Assembly: GCF_006345805.1 (NCBI RefSeq)
Contig: NC_042999.1
Coordinates: 26,412,001-26,476,000 of the forward strand
DNA length: 64,000 nucleotides
Reading direction: 5' to 3'
Source: Octopus sinensis
Taxonomy: Eukaryota
How positions within the stretch are numbered: position 1 is the first letter of the stretch; every line of letters begins with the position of its first letter. The notes under the pieces were generated by a model that was not told the DNA's origin, searched no databases, and saw only the letters and a program-made list of their open reading frames with translations. A program made the position numbers and the translations under genes. Positions 12,730-27,778 of the stretch are shown one piece after another.

Positions 12730-12730
<1 letters not shown>
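12638..12730 (+). mobile_element. LINE 3'UTR stub followed by (TAA)n tail
   Basis: Near-identical reverse complement of 8403-8495. Confidence 0.75.
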
Positions 12731-12763
<33 letters not shown>

Positions 12764-12771
12764 TGATGATG

Positions 12772-12828
<57 letters not shown>

Positions 12829-13848
12829 GATATTCTGAATAATAAATGGCAAGAAAAACCTCTCTATGGCAAATACCCAAAGAGAGCGAATAATGCAGAT
12901 ATTGACAAAGCCCTGACCCATCAATGGCTAATGGCCTCTGGCTTAAAATCTGAAACAGATGGGTTTATCATAGCAGCTCAAGATCAATGCCTACCAACAA
13001 GAAACTACCAGGCCAACATATTAAAGAACGGCAGTAGCCCAACATGTCGTCTATGCCGACAACAAAATGAAACTATTGATCATGTTGTCTCCAAATACAG
13101 TCTTCTAGCGCCTACAGAGTACCTCAACAGGCATGATAGAGCTGCACAATATATTCACTGGGTAATTTGCAAAAACCTGGATTTGCCCCATGAAAAAAAC
13201 TGGTGGGAACACAATCCACCTCCAGTGCTTGAAAATGACATCTCACTCCTCTGGAACTTCACCATTCAAACTGACAGGAAGATAGATGCAAATAGGCCAG
13301 ACATCATATTGAAAGACTTCAGACAAAGAACATGCCTCCTCATTGATATGACTGTCCCAATCGATATAAACGTATCTGTCAAGACCTACCAAAAACTGAG
13401 CAAATATAAAGATCTTGAAATAGAAATCAGCAAAATGTGGAAGCTGAAGACTAAAACCTGTTGTCATAGGTGCCCTGGGAATGATAGCGAAAGGGACTAA
13501 TTGCTACCTAACTCAGATACCAGGAAACCCCAAAATGGCAGAAATTCAAAAGATAGTGCTCATGGGAACTGCTCATATCCTACGCAAAATACTCTCTATG
13601 TAATCCCAAGGTTTAAAACAAACTTTTTTATTTATTTATTTATTTTATTTTATTTTATTTTATTTTATTTTTTATTTTTTATTATTTTTTTAAAATTTTA
13701 TTTTTATGTATTCACTAATACAACACCAAAAAGAAAGGAAAAAAAAACAACAAATATATGGCACAGAACTTCCAACCTGTTGTCTCTTGAGGTATCTGGG
13801 TGAGACTTGGAGCCAACTTGTACAGACATAAAGCAAAAGTCAAACATA
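12829..13848 (+). mobile_element. 5'-truncated R4/Dong-clade LINE family B (zinc knuckle, RLE, 3'UTR) in (TAA)n
   Basis: WQEKPLYGKY, CRLCRQQNETIDHVVS, NRHD, NRPDIILKD..LIDMT, KLSKYKDL; frameshift near 13460; TAA on both sides. Confidence 0.93.
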
Positions 13849-13919
13849 GAATAATAATAATAATAATAATAATAATGATGATAATACTAATAATAATATA
13901 ATAATAATATATAATAATA

Positions 13920-13972
<53 letters not shown>

Positions 13973-14000
13973 TAATAATAATAATATAATAATAATAATG

Positions 14001-14042
<42 letters not shown>

Positions 14043-14329
14043 GTAATGATGATTGATGAAGGAAACGCAACATAGATTTGCCTTATTCTTTAATCGGATG
14101 CACAATCGTTTCACCCCCCACCCGAAACTGTCGTTTATGGGTAGGATGTTGTGTATCCAGTTGTGTTGCATCTGGGTAATATCAGGTACATGCATACTGA
14201 AAGTGGTATCCCGTTAAATGGATTGAGTTCTCGCATGGTACTGTTTATTCGCTGTCCCTGTTTATTACCAGCGAATGGGGCTAACTACAACAATTGTCCA
14301 TATACTTTTTTTTTACATTTTTTAAACTT

Positions 14330-14570
14330 TTTACTTGTTTCAGTCATGTGACTGTGGTCATGCTGGAGCACCGCCTTTAGTCGAGCAAATCGACCCCTGG
14401 ACTTATTCTTTGTAAACCTAGTACTTATTCTATCGGTCGCTTATGCCGAACTGCTAAGTTAAGGGTACGTAAACACACCAACATCGGTTGTCAAGCGATG
14501 TTTTGGGGACTAACGCAGACGCACAAACATACACACACACACATACACACTCACACACACACAGAGACAA

Positions 14571-14606
<36 letters not shown>

Positions 14607-14778
14607 TTATATACGACGGGCGTCATTCAGTTTCTACCTACCGAATCCACTCACAAGGCTTTGGTCGATCCGAGGCTATAGCAGAAGACACTTGCCCAAG
14701 GTGCCACGCAGTGGGACTGAACTCGGAACCATGTGGTTGGTAAACAAGCTACTTACCACACAGCCACTCCTACGCCTT
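14330..14778 (-). mobile_element. tRNA-derived CORE-like SINE (family 1), full length
   Basis: A-box tggctgtgtgg, B-box gagttcagtccc, CORE-like accttgggcaagtgtctt, internal TA/TG microsatellite, 3' gactgaaacaagtaaaa. Confidence 0.9.
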
Positions 14779-15036
14779 TAAATATTCATAACAAAATAAT
14801 TGTAAGCATAAAACCATAAGCTATAAAAAGAAAGAGTTTTAAGATGTGTTACCGAAAGATTAACTTGTATTAATTTTAAAGACAAGGCGACTACACTTGC
14901 TAACTTGCTAAGGCGTCTAAGTATATAGACACACACACAAACACACACACACACTCACACACACACACTCACATACACACACACACACCATCACTTACCC
15001 CATCACAAACACGGCGTAAGTGTCATGTCTATGCAT

Positions 15037-15140
15037 GTATCCGATGTGACCCAGACTGATCTGATCGATGCAACAAAATTGGATGCGCAACATCTCGCCA
15101 TAAAGGAGAGTCGCAGGAAAAGTCGAAACGATCGTCATAC
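15037..15140 (+). ncRNA. Degenerate type-I hammerhead-like motif
   Basis: gtat-CCGATGT-gac...gtc-GAAAC-GATC-GTC-atac: stem I, stem II base and palindromic stem III are intact; two core substitutions. Confidence 0.5.
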
Positions 15141-15319
15141 TGAATAAAGACCACGGCCAAAGCTAGGTCTCTGTTTCCTTCATCAATTATTATTAGCTCA
15201 ACTAACACAGCAGAATCCTAAAAGCAGATCCAGCGGAAATATACCCTAACCGTGGATGACACCAGGTAACCCAAACGGTGAACGGGCTGTACTCAACACA
15301 TTAACATATACACACACAT

Positions 15320-15361
<42 letters not shown>

Positions 15362-15362
<1 letters not shown>

Positions 15363-15500
15363 TACGACGGGCTTCTTTCAGTTTCCGTCTACCAAATCCA
15401 CTCACAAGTCTTTGGTCGGCCCGAGGCTATAGTAGAAGACACTGACCCGGAACCATGTGGTTTGTAAGAAAGCTACTTACCACACAGCCACTCCTACGCC

Positions 15501-15501
<1 letters not shown>
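15362..15501 (-). mobile_element. SINE family 1, 5' half with internal deletion
   Basis: Matches 14612-14778. Confidence 0.85.
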
Positions 15502-15588
<87 letters not shown>

Positions 15589-15850
15589 AAACTACCCATT
15601 CATGTTTTGATATGTATGATTTTGCAATGCATCGACTGTATACATTTAACATCGGACCGTTTTATATTTTAGAAAGGATTCAACTGATCTCATATTTTGT
15701 ATTTTACATTTATATATATTTTAATATATTTATATTTATACATTTTCTATAAAGTTTTAGTATCTATATATTATATATTATATTGCATATTTTATATTGA
15801 GGAATATGTTTTGATTGTCAATATCTCGAAATTTGCCTTTTCATTGAAAC

Positions 15851-15901
<51 letters not shown>

Positions 15902-17791
15902 TGTGTGTCTTTGTGTGTATGTGCTTGCACAAGAGTTACATGTAAGCTTTTACAGTGCCCATACTCAGAAAGAGCAAAGTTCGGTGAGATAGCAAGCTTT
16001 ACACCCAAACTTTTTCTGTTAACTAACAGGCAAGGGTCACCCTCATAAGATTAAACACCTGTACTCAGAATAGTAAATTTTTGAGGAATAGAGTTCTGAT
16101 ATTGCATGTTAACTGGGTGGTAAGTGGTAAAGACACCGACCTAAAATACGTTTACTCCAAAGATACAGTTATTTCCCTTTCCTTTGGAACAGCTTAAAGT
16201 TTTTTATTAAAAATTTGCTCAATCTCGTATTTTCTCTCATTTTTTCCCGTAATTCCTGTCAGAGTATCCACGATATATAGCCTGAAGGATTTACAGATAT
16301 TCCACGGTATGTATAAATTTAAAGTAGCTTACCAGGGAATCATATGTTTATTTGGTGGTATTTCTCACCTTGGTCAATTGAGTACCAAATTTTGCCGTTC
16401 TTATTAAAAAGCAAGTGTGCACTGCGTATGCATGCGCGTGCACGTATAATGTTCATTTTTCACTGTATATCATTGTCTAATGTGATTAGAAATTGTCGCA
16501 TAAACGTAATAATTTACACTTATTTCTATCTACATTACAAACTTTCGACTCTGCAAAACTGTGAAATTCAGCTGATAGAATTTATTGCTCCATATAAATT
16601 GATATTGTCTTACACTATTTGGCATTTATATATTAACCTTTAAACGCCTCAGTGACGGACACTGTATAACCTCTATCCTGTTAATGTCTACATACAAATT
16701 TACGATTTAATTCAATCGTTAATCACAAACACATTACCTCATAACCAACCTAAAACACATGTGCTCACACAAACAACTCATATAAATAAAATATTTAAAG
16801 CATATTTTATATAATGTAAATTTAATACCTTTGTTAGAGTAGCAACGTATATCAAATCACATTTAAGACTGGAGAGCTGTAGCTCCGCGAAATAGGCGAG
16901 AGATCGTAATTTCACAAGAAAGTAAACATAGGATTTGTAGTGTCTATTCTTTGGCACGAGGTTACTCTTCTGTCGGATTGTTTTGTTTTATCTGTTTTCA
17001 TTTTATATTAATCGCATACCAGTTATTTTTTCCAAAACGACATGAAGTTCCCACATTTTTTTTGTAATATATAATTGTAATGTCTCCTCTCCTAGCGCCT
17101 CTGTTGAATTTAAGATAAAAATATTTCTTACAAATTGCTTAATCATCTTCATTATTATTTTCCGTTTTGCTATTCTATCATTCACATTTTTCATTAAACA
17201 TTACCGCTCATTTGATCAATAGTCAGTCAAACCAATTAGGTATTCAGGGACATGAAGGACCTACCGTACATACATAATTTTATACATTCGGATGCAAAAT
17301 AGTTCAATGTCTTATATTGTAGACTACCAATATTTTATTTACCTATAATTCAAATATTACAATTCTTAACACGTGTCATATTGCTTCCATTGAATTTATG
17401 TATATTTTCAGTTGATTAAATGTCTAGAACTACAGCCATACACGATTTTATCCGACAATCTAACATTTGCAACCACTTTGATAGGATTATATTCCTGATC
17501 TTCTTATCCAGCCACACGGTTTGTGTGCCATTAGATTAAATTGATGCTACTAGCAGAGATATAAGTTAGCAATGAATGAATGTAAAATAACATAATCTTA
17601 AAATGTGCTATTCACAAATATAATGAATAAATTGCAAGTTCCAGAATGAGAGAAACGAGTAGAATATTTCTATAAACATTTTAAACTCTAAAATACGGAC
17701 TGGATTTGAGAATGAGTAATTTATGCTTATTTTTTGAGAAGAATATTATAGAAAATTTGATCCAATTGAACATTAAACATTACTGTTTCTG

Positions 17792-17989
17792 CAGCGTGGG
17801 AGAGTTTATAAGCCATTTAAGAAACACACAAAACCGTTAGATTCACGTCAACATTTAAATTTAATTTGTCAAAATATTTTCGTCGCTTTGAGACCGCGAC
17901 CTGTTCACTGACAAAGCTTCGTGCTGCAAGTCACTCAGATCGGTCTGCATCTCAGATCAAGTCACTCGCTATGCAAATACATCTTCGTA
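17792..17989 (-). mobile_element. 198-bp non-coding element with hammerhead-like motif and 13-bp TSD
   Basis: ATTACTGTTTCTG at 17779-17791 and 17990-18002; 17792-17915 is homologous to 35041-35167 in opposite orientation. Confidence 0.75.
17865..17915 (-). ncRNA. Minimal hammerhead-like motif, G3-C8 variant
   Basis: tttgtca-GTGAACA-g-gtcgc..gcgac-GAAA-atat-TT-tgacaaa. Confidence 0.6.
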
Positions 17990-18086
17990 ATTACTGTTTC
18001 TGTTTTCAGACAAAAATTTTACGAAAATATTTTTTTTCTAACACAAGCAAGTAAACTATGCTAAACTATTTCCGCATACAAACCTC

Positions 18087-19718
<1,632 letters not shown>

Positions 19719-20782
19719 CAAACCTCTTTATTAAAAGATCATTTTTGTAGAAGCCGATCGCCCATACTTCACTGAATCATAACTCATTAATCTAGTATAT
19801 TCCCGAGGGCATGCCATTTTGGTTCCTGATTCCCAGACATTTCGTTTATCACATTTACTTTTTTCCAATTTTGAGATAATCAAGAACGAATAATTTTCAC
19901 TGTTGGCAGCGAAGGAACATTTTTGGGCAGACATATACCCCGGTTTTCTGTTTTCTGTTTTTATTTTGCATGATTAATCGCACCTAATTTCAAATTTAGT
20001 TGTGTATAATAGCATCTATTCTTTAGAAATCTTGAGGGAATTATACGTTGGTTGTGTATGATAGAATCCCTAAAATATCGTGAATGAATTCAATAATGGA
20101 ATGAAACTAAACAAATTATTTTTGCTCTCCACGCTTTGAATAGTATACTTCGGCATTCCTTAACATACTTGACGATAAGCACGTGCCAGTCTACCGGGTA
20201 ACTAGTAAACATTGAAAAAACGATTTAGCGATTATAGAGATAATTGCATTAAGAGCTTTGATTCGTCGACTGCAATTCACGTTAGGAATCCAAGGCAAGA
20301 CCTAAACACGATTATATTTTTTAAAGCAAGTACGCTTAAAATTCTTCAATATAGAAGTCGGTTTTATTTTACAGTGTATCAAAGAACAGTCGTTGCGAAT
20401 TTCCAAAGTATTTCAATCTTATCAATTCTTGTAATTAATTTCGTATTTTTAAAGAATTATCATAAATAATCATGTTGTATAAGAAAACAATACTACTATA
20501 TTTTATGAATAATATCTTTAAATTAAGTGTACTATCCTTATACAAATATAGCAAAGCGGGGCTTGCTTATATTACATATACATATAAATTACTTATATCA
20601 TTAGTATATTACATATATTATCCATACCTTTAGTTTATAAGACTGAAGCAGATTTTAATATGGAGAATTTGGGGGTAAAATATATACGTTATATATATAT
20701 AGAAATTATATTGACCCTTACATAAGTGCAGTCATACTATGTCAACTAACAAATTAGTACCATGAATATAGCTTTCATATTC

Positions 20783-21393
20783 AAACAGTTTACTAAATAT
20801 ACTTAATATGCATTGCATTACCATAAATATTAAATTGACCGAATCATTAAATTTAATAATTTAAATATTACATTGACCCTAAGTGGGTGCAGATATAATG
20901 ATTCCCCCAACAGATTACACTTTCAATCCTACATAGTAAACTCTAATTTTACAAATATCTCCTTGTAAGTACAACTACCATAATACGTAGGTACGTATAC
21001 ACATATAGTTGTTTGTCTATTATTACCACTATTCGAATATATATATATATATATTATATATATATATATAATATATATATATATATAAATAAACTGCTAA
21101 AATAATGTTGGATTTTACATCCTAGATAACAAATATAATTCGAATAGTGGTAATAATAGACAAACAACTATATGTGTACACGTACCTACGTATTATGGTA
21201 GTCGTACTTACAAGGAGATATTTGTAAAATTAGAGTTTACTATGTAGGATTGAAAGTGTAATCTGTTGGGGGAATCATTATATCTGCACCCACTTAGGGT
21301 CAATGTAATATTTAATTTATTAAATTTAATGATTCGATCAATTTAATATTTATGGTAATGCAATGCATATTAAGTATATTTAGTAAACTGTTT
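20783..21393. repeat. Long near-perfect inverted repeat (~255-bp arms, ~100-bp spacer)
   Basis: 20783-21038 is the reverse complement of 21138-21393 with only a few mismatches. Confidence 0.95.
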
Positions 21394-21608
21394 ATATGTT
21401 TGTGTGTCTGTGTTTGTCCTCCCCCAACATCACTTGACAACCGATGCTGGTGTGTTTATGTCCCCGTAACTTAGCGGTTCGGCAAAAAACCGATAGACTA
21501 AGTACTAGGCTTACAAAGAATAAGTCCTGCCGCCGATGTGCTCGACTAAAGCGGTGCTCCAGCATGGCCGTAGTCAAATGACTCAAACAAGTAAAAGAAG
21601 TAAAAGAA
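21393..21608 (+). mobile_element. Inverted local duplicate of the 3' half of the adjacent SINE
   Basis: Shares private variants (cctgccgccgatgtg, aaaaaaccgatagact) with 21683-21900. Confidence 0.9.
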
Positions 21609-21682
21609 TATATATATATTATATATATATTATAGATATATATATATATATATATATGCTGGAATATATATATATATATATA

Positions 21683-22103
21683 TTCTTTTACTTCTTTTAC
21701 TTGTTTGAGTCATTTGACTACGGCCATGCTGGAGCACCGCCTTTAGTCGAGCACATCGGCGGCAGGACTTATTCTTTGTAAGCCTAGTACTTAGTCTATC
21801 GGTTTTTTGCCGAACCGCTAAGTTACGGGGACATAAACACACCAGCATCGGTTGTCAAGTGATGTTGGGGGAGGACAAACACAGACACACAAACATATAA
21901 ACACACATGCATACATACATGCATATATATATATATATATACACATGCGACGGTCTTCTTTCAGTTTCCGTCTACCAAATCCACTAACAAGGTTTTGTTC
22001 GGCCCGAGGCTATAGTAGAAGACACTTCCCCAAAGTGCCACGCATTGGGACTGAACCCGGAACCATGAAGTTCGTAAGCAAGCTACTTACCACACAGCCA
22101 CTC
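21683..22103 (-). mobile_element. SINE family 1
   Basis: Collinear with 57105-57500. Confidence 0.9.
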
Positions 22104-22760
22104 ATATATTTATTTAATATCTGTACTAATTGCTTCCCATCGTTGTATTCATATGACCGTATTTATCTATTTATTTCTCTTATGTTATGTCGAGAAGCTG
22201 CAGAATAACATAAGTAGCATCCTACCACTTATAACATACTCCTCTCACCTTTACTAATTTGCTTCTTTTTCTATTTTATTTACATATCCATTGAAACGGT
22301 TTGAATTTATGCCCTCAGTTCAAATATAATTTGCCAAATGTAGAGATCGCTCGAATTAGACCTGTCCATTTGCGGATAATAGGTGGTGTTCTATTTAATA
22401 TTTCTGTAAGCACACTATCATAAGAACACTATGGTAATATTTTGGATAAATATCAACTAGGGTTATTTAAGTTAGCATAGGTGATGGCTTTTTATAAACA
22501 TGTTAATATTTTCTTGCATTATTATTTATGCTAATTATTTTAAACATCTTTTAAAATATATTGCTTTTAACTTTGTATTGTAATAACCCGAAAAATGTTT
22601 TCCCTAGGCCATTGCTATATCACTATTTAACCTACAGACTTCAAAACCCTATGGTGGAAGATTGTATGTTTTTAATATATTGGGCTTGCAGAGTTCTTCT
22701 CTAGGCGTTGTCTTCTTTCTTATTCCCTCTTCTTTTAATTTATTTTGGATGCTTTTGTAT

Positions 22761-22878
22761 TAACTCTGATGAAGCTCGGTGTTATAGTTCGAATATCCTA
22801 TGAAGATGAAAAATATTGTTTTCGCAATTCTTTGTAGACACTCAGTGGCATCGGAAGCGGAAACGGCCGTAAGAATTA
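22761..22878 (+). ncRNA. Type-I hammerhead-like motif with canonical core and long stem II
   Basis: CTGATGA-agctcggtg...catcggaagcg-GAAAC-GGCC-GTA; stem I weak. Confidence 0.6.
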
Positions 22879-22992
22879 TGTCATATAAATGTTTTGTCAT
22901 GTTTTGTATCAAATAATAGGCTTTAGATGTGGCCCAATTGACTTGTTTCTTGATCTTAGGTTTTCCCTATTTTCTGACTACTTATATATATT

Positions 22993-23028
<36 letters not shown>

Positions 23029-23194
23029 AAATATGGGTGTTTAGTACATTGGTGATCTAAGCAAATAGGTACGCTAGGTAAGTGCTGTAACGGATTGACG
23101 GGGTTCCAATTCGTAACTGAGACAGAAGCTGTGGATCCATTTTAGGTTTGCGATTTAGCATAACAAGCATATCACCTCATATAAACTCTTTTGT

Positions 23195-25602
23195 ATTATT
23201 TTAAAATTAGTTAATGTCTTACAGTTGTTTCTGGGATATCCCGAATAATAAGTGAGTTTGCCTAAATATGGGATATTCCGTCGTGTGAGACAAGTAGAGA
23301 GCATTTGAAAAATCTACACATGGAAACATTCAGATAAAAGATCTAGACAGGGAAAATTCGCAGATAATAAGTAATGAAATAGAAGAGTAGAGGAAGGAAA
23401 TGAGAAACTGAAGTTCACTGTTCATATTTTAGAGTGTATGGATTTTAGTCCGGATGTGCTTAGGTAAAATCCAGACCAAATCCAGGTAGCATTACGGCAT
23501 AGTATGAGTGGTGTTCACAGCATAAATATCCAGGGAATATTTTGAAAGAAATGAGAACGGTGTGTTTGTGAGAGAATGGCCATAAAAGCGGATACGGAGG
23601 AAACTTGAGAGAGAAGGAGAAAGCGAAAAGAAGAGAAGGAAAGGGAAATAGAGGATAACGAAGAAGGAGAGAGAGAAAAAGAGAGAGTAATAGAATAGCC
23701 TAAAGGGATAGAGAGAGCAGGAATGTAAGTAACATGGTATTAACAAGGATTGGTAGGAAGGATTGGATAGAAGAACAAAATAAAGAAATATAAAGATATA
23801 GAGTAAAATATAAAAGATAAAAGAGAAAAATAAATTACTGAAAAATGTTAAAATAAAAATAAGAATAAATTGTTAAAATAAAGGTAGAGATAAAAGTAGA
23901 AAGGAAGAAGATAATGGAGGTTAAAATTTTTAAAAAAATATTTAAAAAAAGAATCAAGGAGAATAGGAAAAGAAATTAAGAGCATAATAGATAAGATGCC
24001 AGCACTAATTCTCAAGTTGGGGCTGGAAGTCAAACAGTAAATATATGCATCTGTTCAATAGATGACATTCCAGTTGGTGCTGGTCAGTAGCTACAAATAT
24101 ATTCCTACCTACGGAAGTATGAATATATTAAAGGATGAAAAGCGAAGCAGCAATGAATGGAGGAACCATTTAACTATTTAGTTCTTTAGGAATAAAGGTT
24201 ACAATTTAAGGTTTAGAGATCTAACAGGTTAAGGTTTAAAGTTTAGGAGATTAAAGTAAAATTCGCATATTATAGTAAAAACTTAACAGTTATATTTTGA
24301 GGGACTAATTTTGATGGAGAAGATAATGAAGGGATAGGCAGTGGTATATTATAACGTCCATAGAAATGTGCAAGTAAACTTTGTGTGCGGAATAAGTCTA
24401 CAGTTGGATTTATGGCAAACTTTGTGTTTACAAGTCCTGAATGATTTGTCTTGTTTGTATTTAAATTTTGTTCATACTGTTTTACTCTTTTACTTGTTTC
24501 AGTCATTTGACTGCGGCCATGCTGGAGCACCGCCTTTAGTCGAGCAAATCGACCCTGGGACTTATTCTTTGTAAGCCTAGTACTTATTCTATCGGTCTCT
24601 TTTGCCGAACCGCAAAGTGACGGGGACGCAAACACACCAGCATCGGTTGTCAAGCAATGCTAGGGGGACAAACACAGACACACAAACACACACACGCATA
24701 CATATATACATATACATATATACGACAGGCTTCTTTCAGTTTCCGTCTACCAAATCCACTCACAAGGCATTGGTCGGCCCAGGACTATAGCAGAAGACAC
24801 TTGCCCAAGATGCTACGCAGTGGGACTGAACCCAGTACCATGTGGTTGGTTAGCAAGCTACTTACCACACAGCCACTCCTGCGTCTATTAAAATTTTTTC
24901 TTTCTACTTTTATCTGTACACCTAATTTAACAATTTATTCTTTTTCTTATTTGCATTTTTATATGTAACTTTTTTTCTATTCTTTTTTCTTTTCTATTTT
25001 TTACTCCATATTTTCATATTCCTTTTATTTTATTCTTCTCACAAATCTTTCTGACTACCCTTTCACTTACTTTCCTTCTCTCTCTATCCCCACAGGCTAC
25101 CGCATTTCTCTCTCACTCTCCTCATTATCCTCTCTCTTCTTTTCTTTCTCTTTCTTTCTCAATCTACTCTCTCAACTTTGCTTAATAGCCACTTTTAAGT
25201 CCATTCTCTCAGAAGCCAGTGCTCTCAAAATGAACACACCATTCCCATTATTGCTAAAATATTGTCTGGGTATTTATTGTCTGAACACACTACTCTTACT
25301 CTGCCGGAATTCTGCCTGGAATTACTCTGGATTTGACTTAAGGGCATTCGGACTAACATTCGTATAAACTGAAATATGAGCAGTGAACTTTTTTACCTTA
25401 TTTCCTGAATTTCTCTTCTATTTCATTGCTTATCTGCGAATTTTCCATGTCCACATCATTTATCTGAATATTTTCATGTCTAGATCCTTCATATATTCTC
25501 TACATGTCTTTCATGACGGCGTATCCCATATTCAGGTAAACTCCCCTGTCATTTGGGATGTCCGAGAAACAGCAGTAAGACTTCAACTAATTTAAGAATA
25601 AT
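23195..25602. repeat. Diverged head-to-head inverted pair (~700-bp arms) of a hammerhead-bearing repeat
   Basis: 23195-23870 resembles the reverse complement of 24900-25602; motif at 23216-23291 (-) and 25506-25581 (+). Confidence 0.8.
24478..24884 (-). mobile_element. SINE family 1
   Basis: Collinear with 57105-57500. Confidence 0.9.
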
Positions 25603-25657
25603 ATAAAATAATATATATGACTTGTGATGCTTCTTATGCCTCAGCATTTGTTGTTCA

Positions 25658-25700
<43 letters not shown>

Positions 25701-25764
25701 TCATAATAATAATAAAATGCCAACAAATGAATGAATGGGATTTCGATATTATGTAAACAGAGGA

Positions 25765-25812
<48 letters not shown>

Positions 25813-25877
25813 TATATATATATAGTAAGAAAAGGAGAGGAGAATTTCAATTATTAGCACGTGATGAGTTGTGATGC

Positions 25878-25915
<38 letters not shown>

Positions 25916-25923
25916 ATATATAT

Positions 25924-25954
<31 letters not shown>

Positions 25955-26011
25955 AAAAAAGAAGGAAAATGCACACAATTTATATTGTTTTGATATCTAT
26001 TTTACCATAAG

Positions 26012-26278
26012 CGAAACTGTATTGTGTTTGTCGACCGATTTCGATTTCGCTAACCATGACATTGGAATTATTGTAATTTCGTATTTTTTTCAGACGATTT
26101 TAGTCTATATTCTTGGAAGAAAGTTTGTGAATGACGCCATAAATTCTTGATGATTCACTCACAAACTTCCTTCGAAGAAAATGGACTAAAAACGTCTTAA
26201 GAAAATAAGAAATTACAATAATTTCAATGGTCATGATTAGCGAAACTGAAACCGATCGCCAAACGCAATACACTTTCA
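26012..26278. mobile_element. MITE-like imperfect inverted repeat (~95-bp arms)
   Basis: ttcgctaaccatgacattggaattattgtaatttc versus gaaattacaataatttcaatggtcatgattagcgaa. Confidence 0.6.
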
Positions 26279-26380
26279 TTATTAGATATGCTAAAATATA
26301 TATTAAAACTATGTAAACTGTGCATTTATATATATATACATACATATATATATAATATATAATATATATATATATATATT

Positions 26381-26473
<93 letters not shown>

Positions 26474-27778
26474 ATATATATATATAGTATATATCTATAC
26501 ATACATTGTTTAGGGATTGTTGCCTGAATTAAAATATACATTTAACATCAAACACACTATCTGTATGTTATAAGGCCAACATTTTTTGTAGCTTGAAAGA
26601 AGATTTGTTCAGGTCTTACATTTTTAAAATCATTTTCATATGGAAAAGGGTTAATATCGGCTAAATATATTTCTTCTTCTAAGAGAGAATTATTCTTTTA
26701 GTCATACAGAAATGAAGAAACAATCATGCCTTATGCATGAAGTCGTATAATTCTTACATGAACCTCTGTTATTTGGGATAGCAGCATTGTCGATATTCTC
26801 TTGCATGAGGATGGAGATTTACTTCACCACTTCTTGACAGATATCGATTGAAAATTAACTCTCAAATTATAGTTACCAAAACAATATCATCAAAAAATAA
26901 TTTCAGATGCGCGCGAGGGAGTGAGGGGAGAGAGAGGGGGATAGAAAGGGAAAGAAGGAGAGCAAAAGCATGTAGAAGTGAGGAATGTGAGGGAGAAAGA
27001 GAAAGAGAGACATAGATAGAGAGAGAACGGAAAAGAGAAGATTGAGAGAGGAGACAGAGATGGAGAGTGAGAGACAGACAGAGAGTGCTGTGATGAATAG
27101 AGAAGATTGCCGAAATTGGACAAAAAGAGTATCTAGCTTATCAGACGTGTATTGGGAAAAAAACAAACAACTTCCTCTGTTGATTTAATGAGACGTTTAC
27201 TGATTCTATCAATTTGCATTCGAATTATTAAAATAACCAATAGTTTAGACGTGGAAGATATCGTTATGTGAAATCCAAATTTAGATGTAAAATCAATGAT
27301 TTAAAAGAATCACTTTATCGACTTAGACATCTGCCAAATTCTAATTCCACGTCAATATACTTCTATTTGTGAGCACATTAAAACAGGAAATTTAAATAAT
27401 TTGTATAAAGTTCTGTTAAGAAAATTACCTGATATACTAATTATGTCGATCCCTCTGCCTACAGATAGCTTTCCGTATCAGCATTTACAGATTAAAAAAG
27501 CCCAATATTGATGCTGTCTTCTATTCTATGATTGAAACTATCACGATCTTTGAAAGTAAACAGATATCCTGGAAAGTCCCAGTTTATAGTTTGAATGTGT
27601 ATCTTCAAATGTGTAGCTTCATATGAAAATATATGCGTCTTAAACACTGCACATTTCTAAAGCTTTTAATCTTTGATACTTTACAAATAATCAGTAAAGA
27701 TTTATTTTTAATAAAATGTAAATCCATACCACATGAGTTCTAGTTAGTTGCTGAGCGTGAAGAAAACAAGACAGATTT

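Noticed and set aside
12700-13500. 266-aa ORF as a real protein
   Set aside because: Chance read-through from a 3'UTR stub across (TAA)n into a truncated LINE
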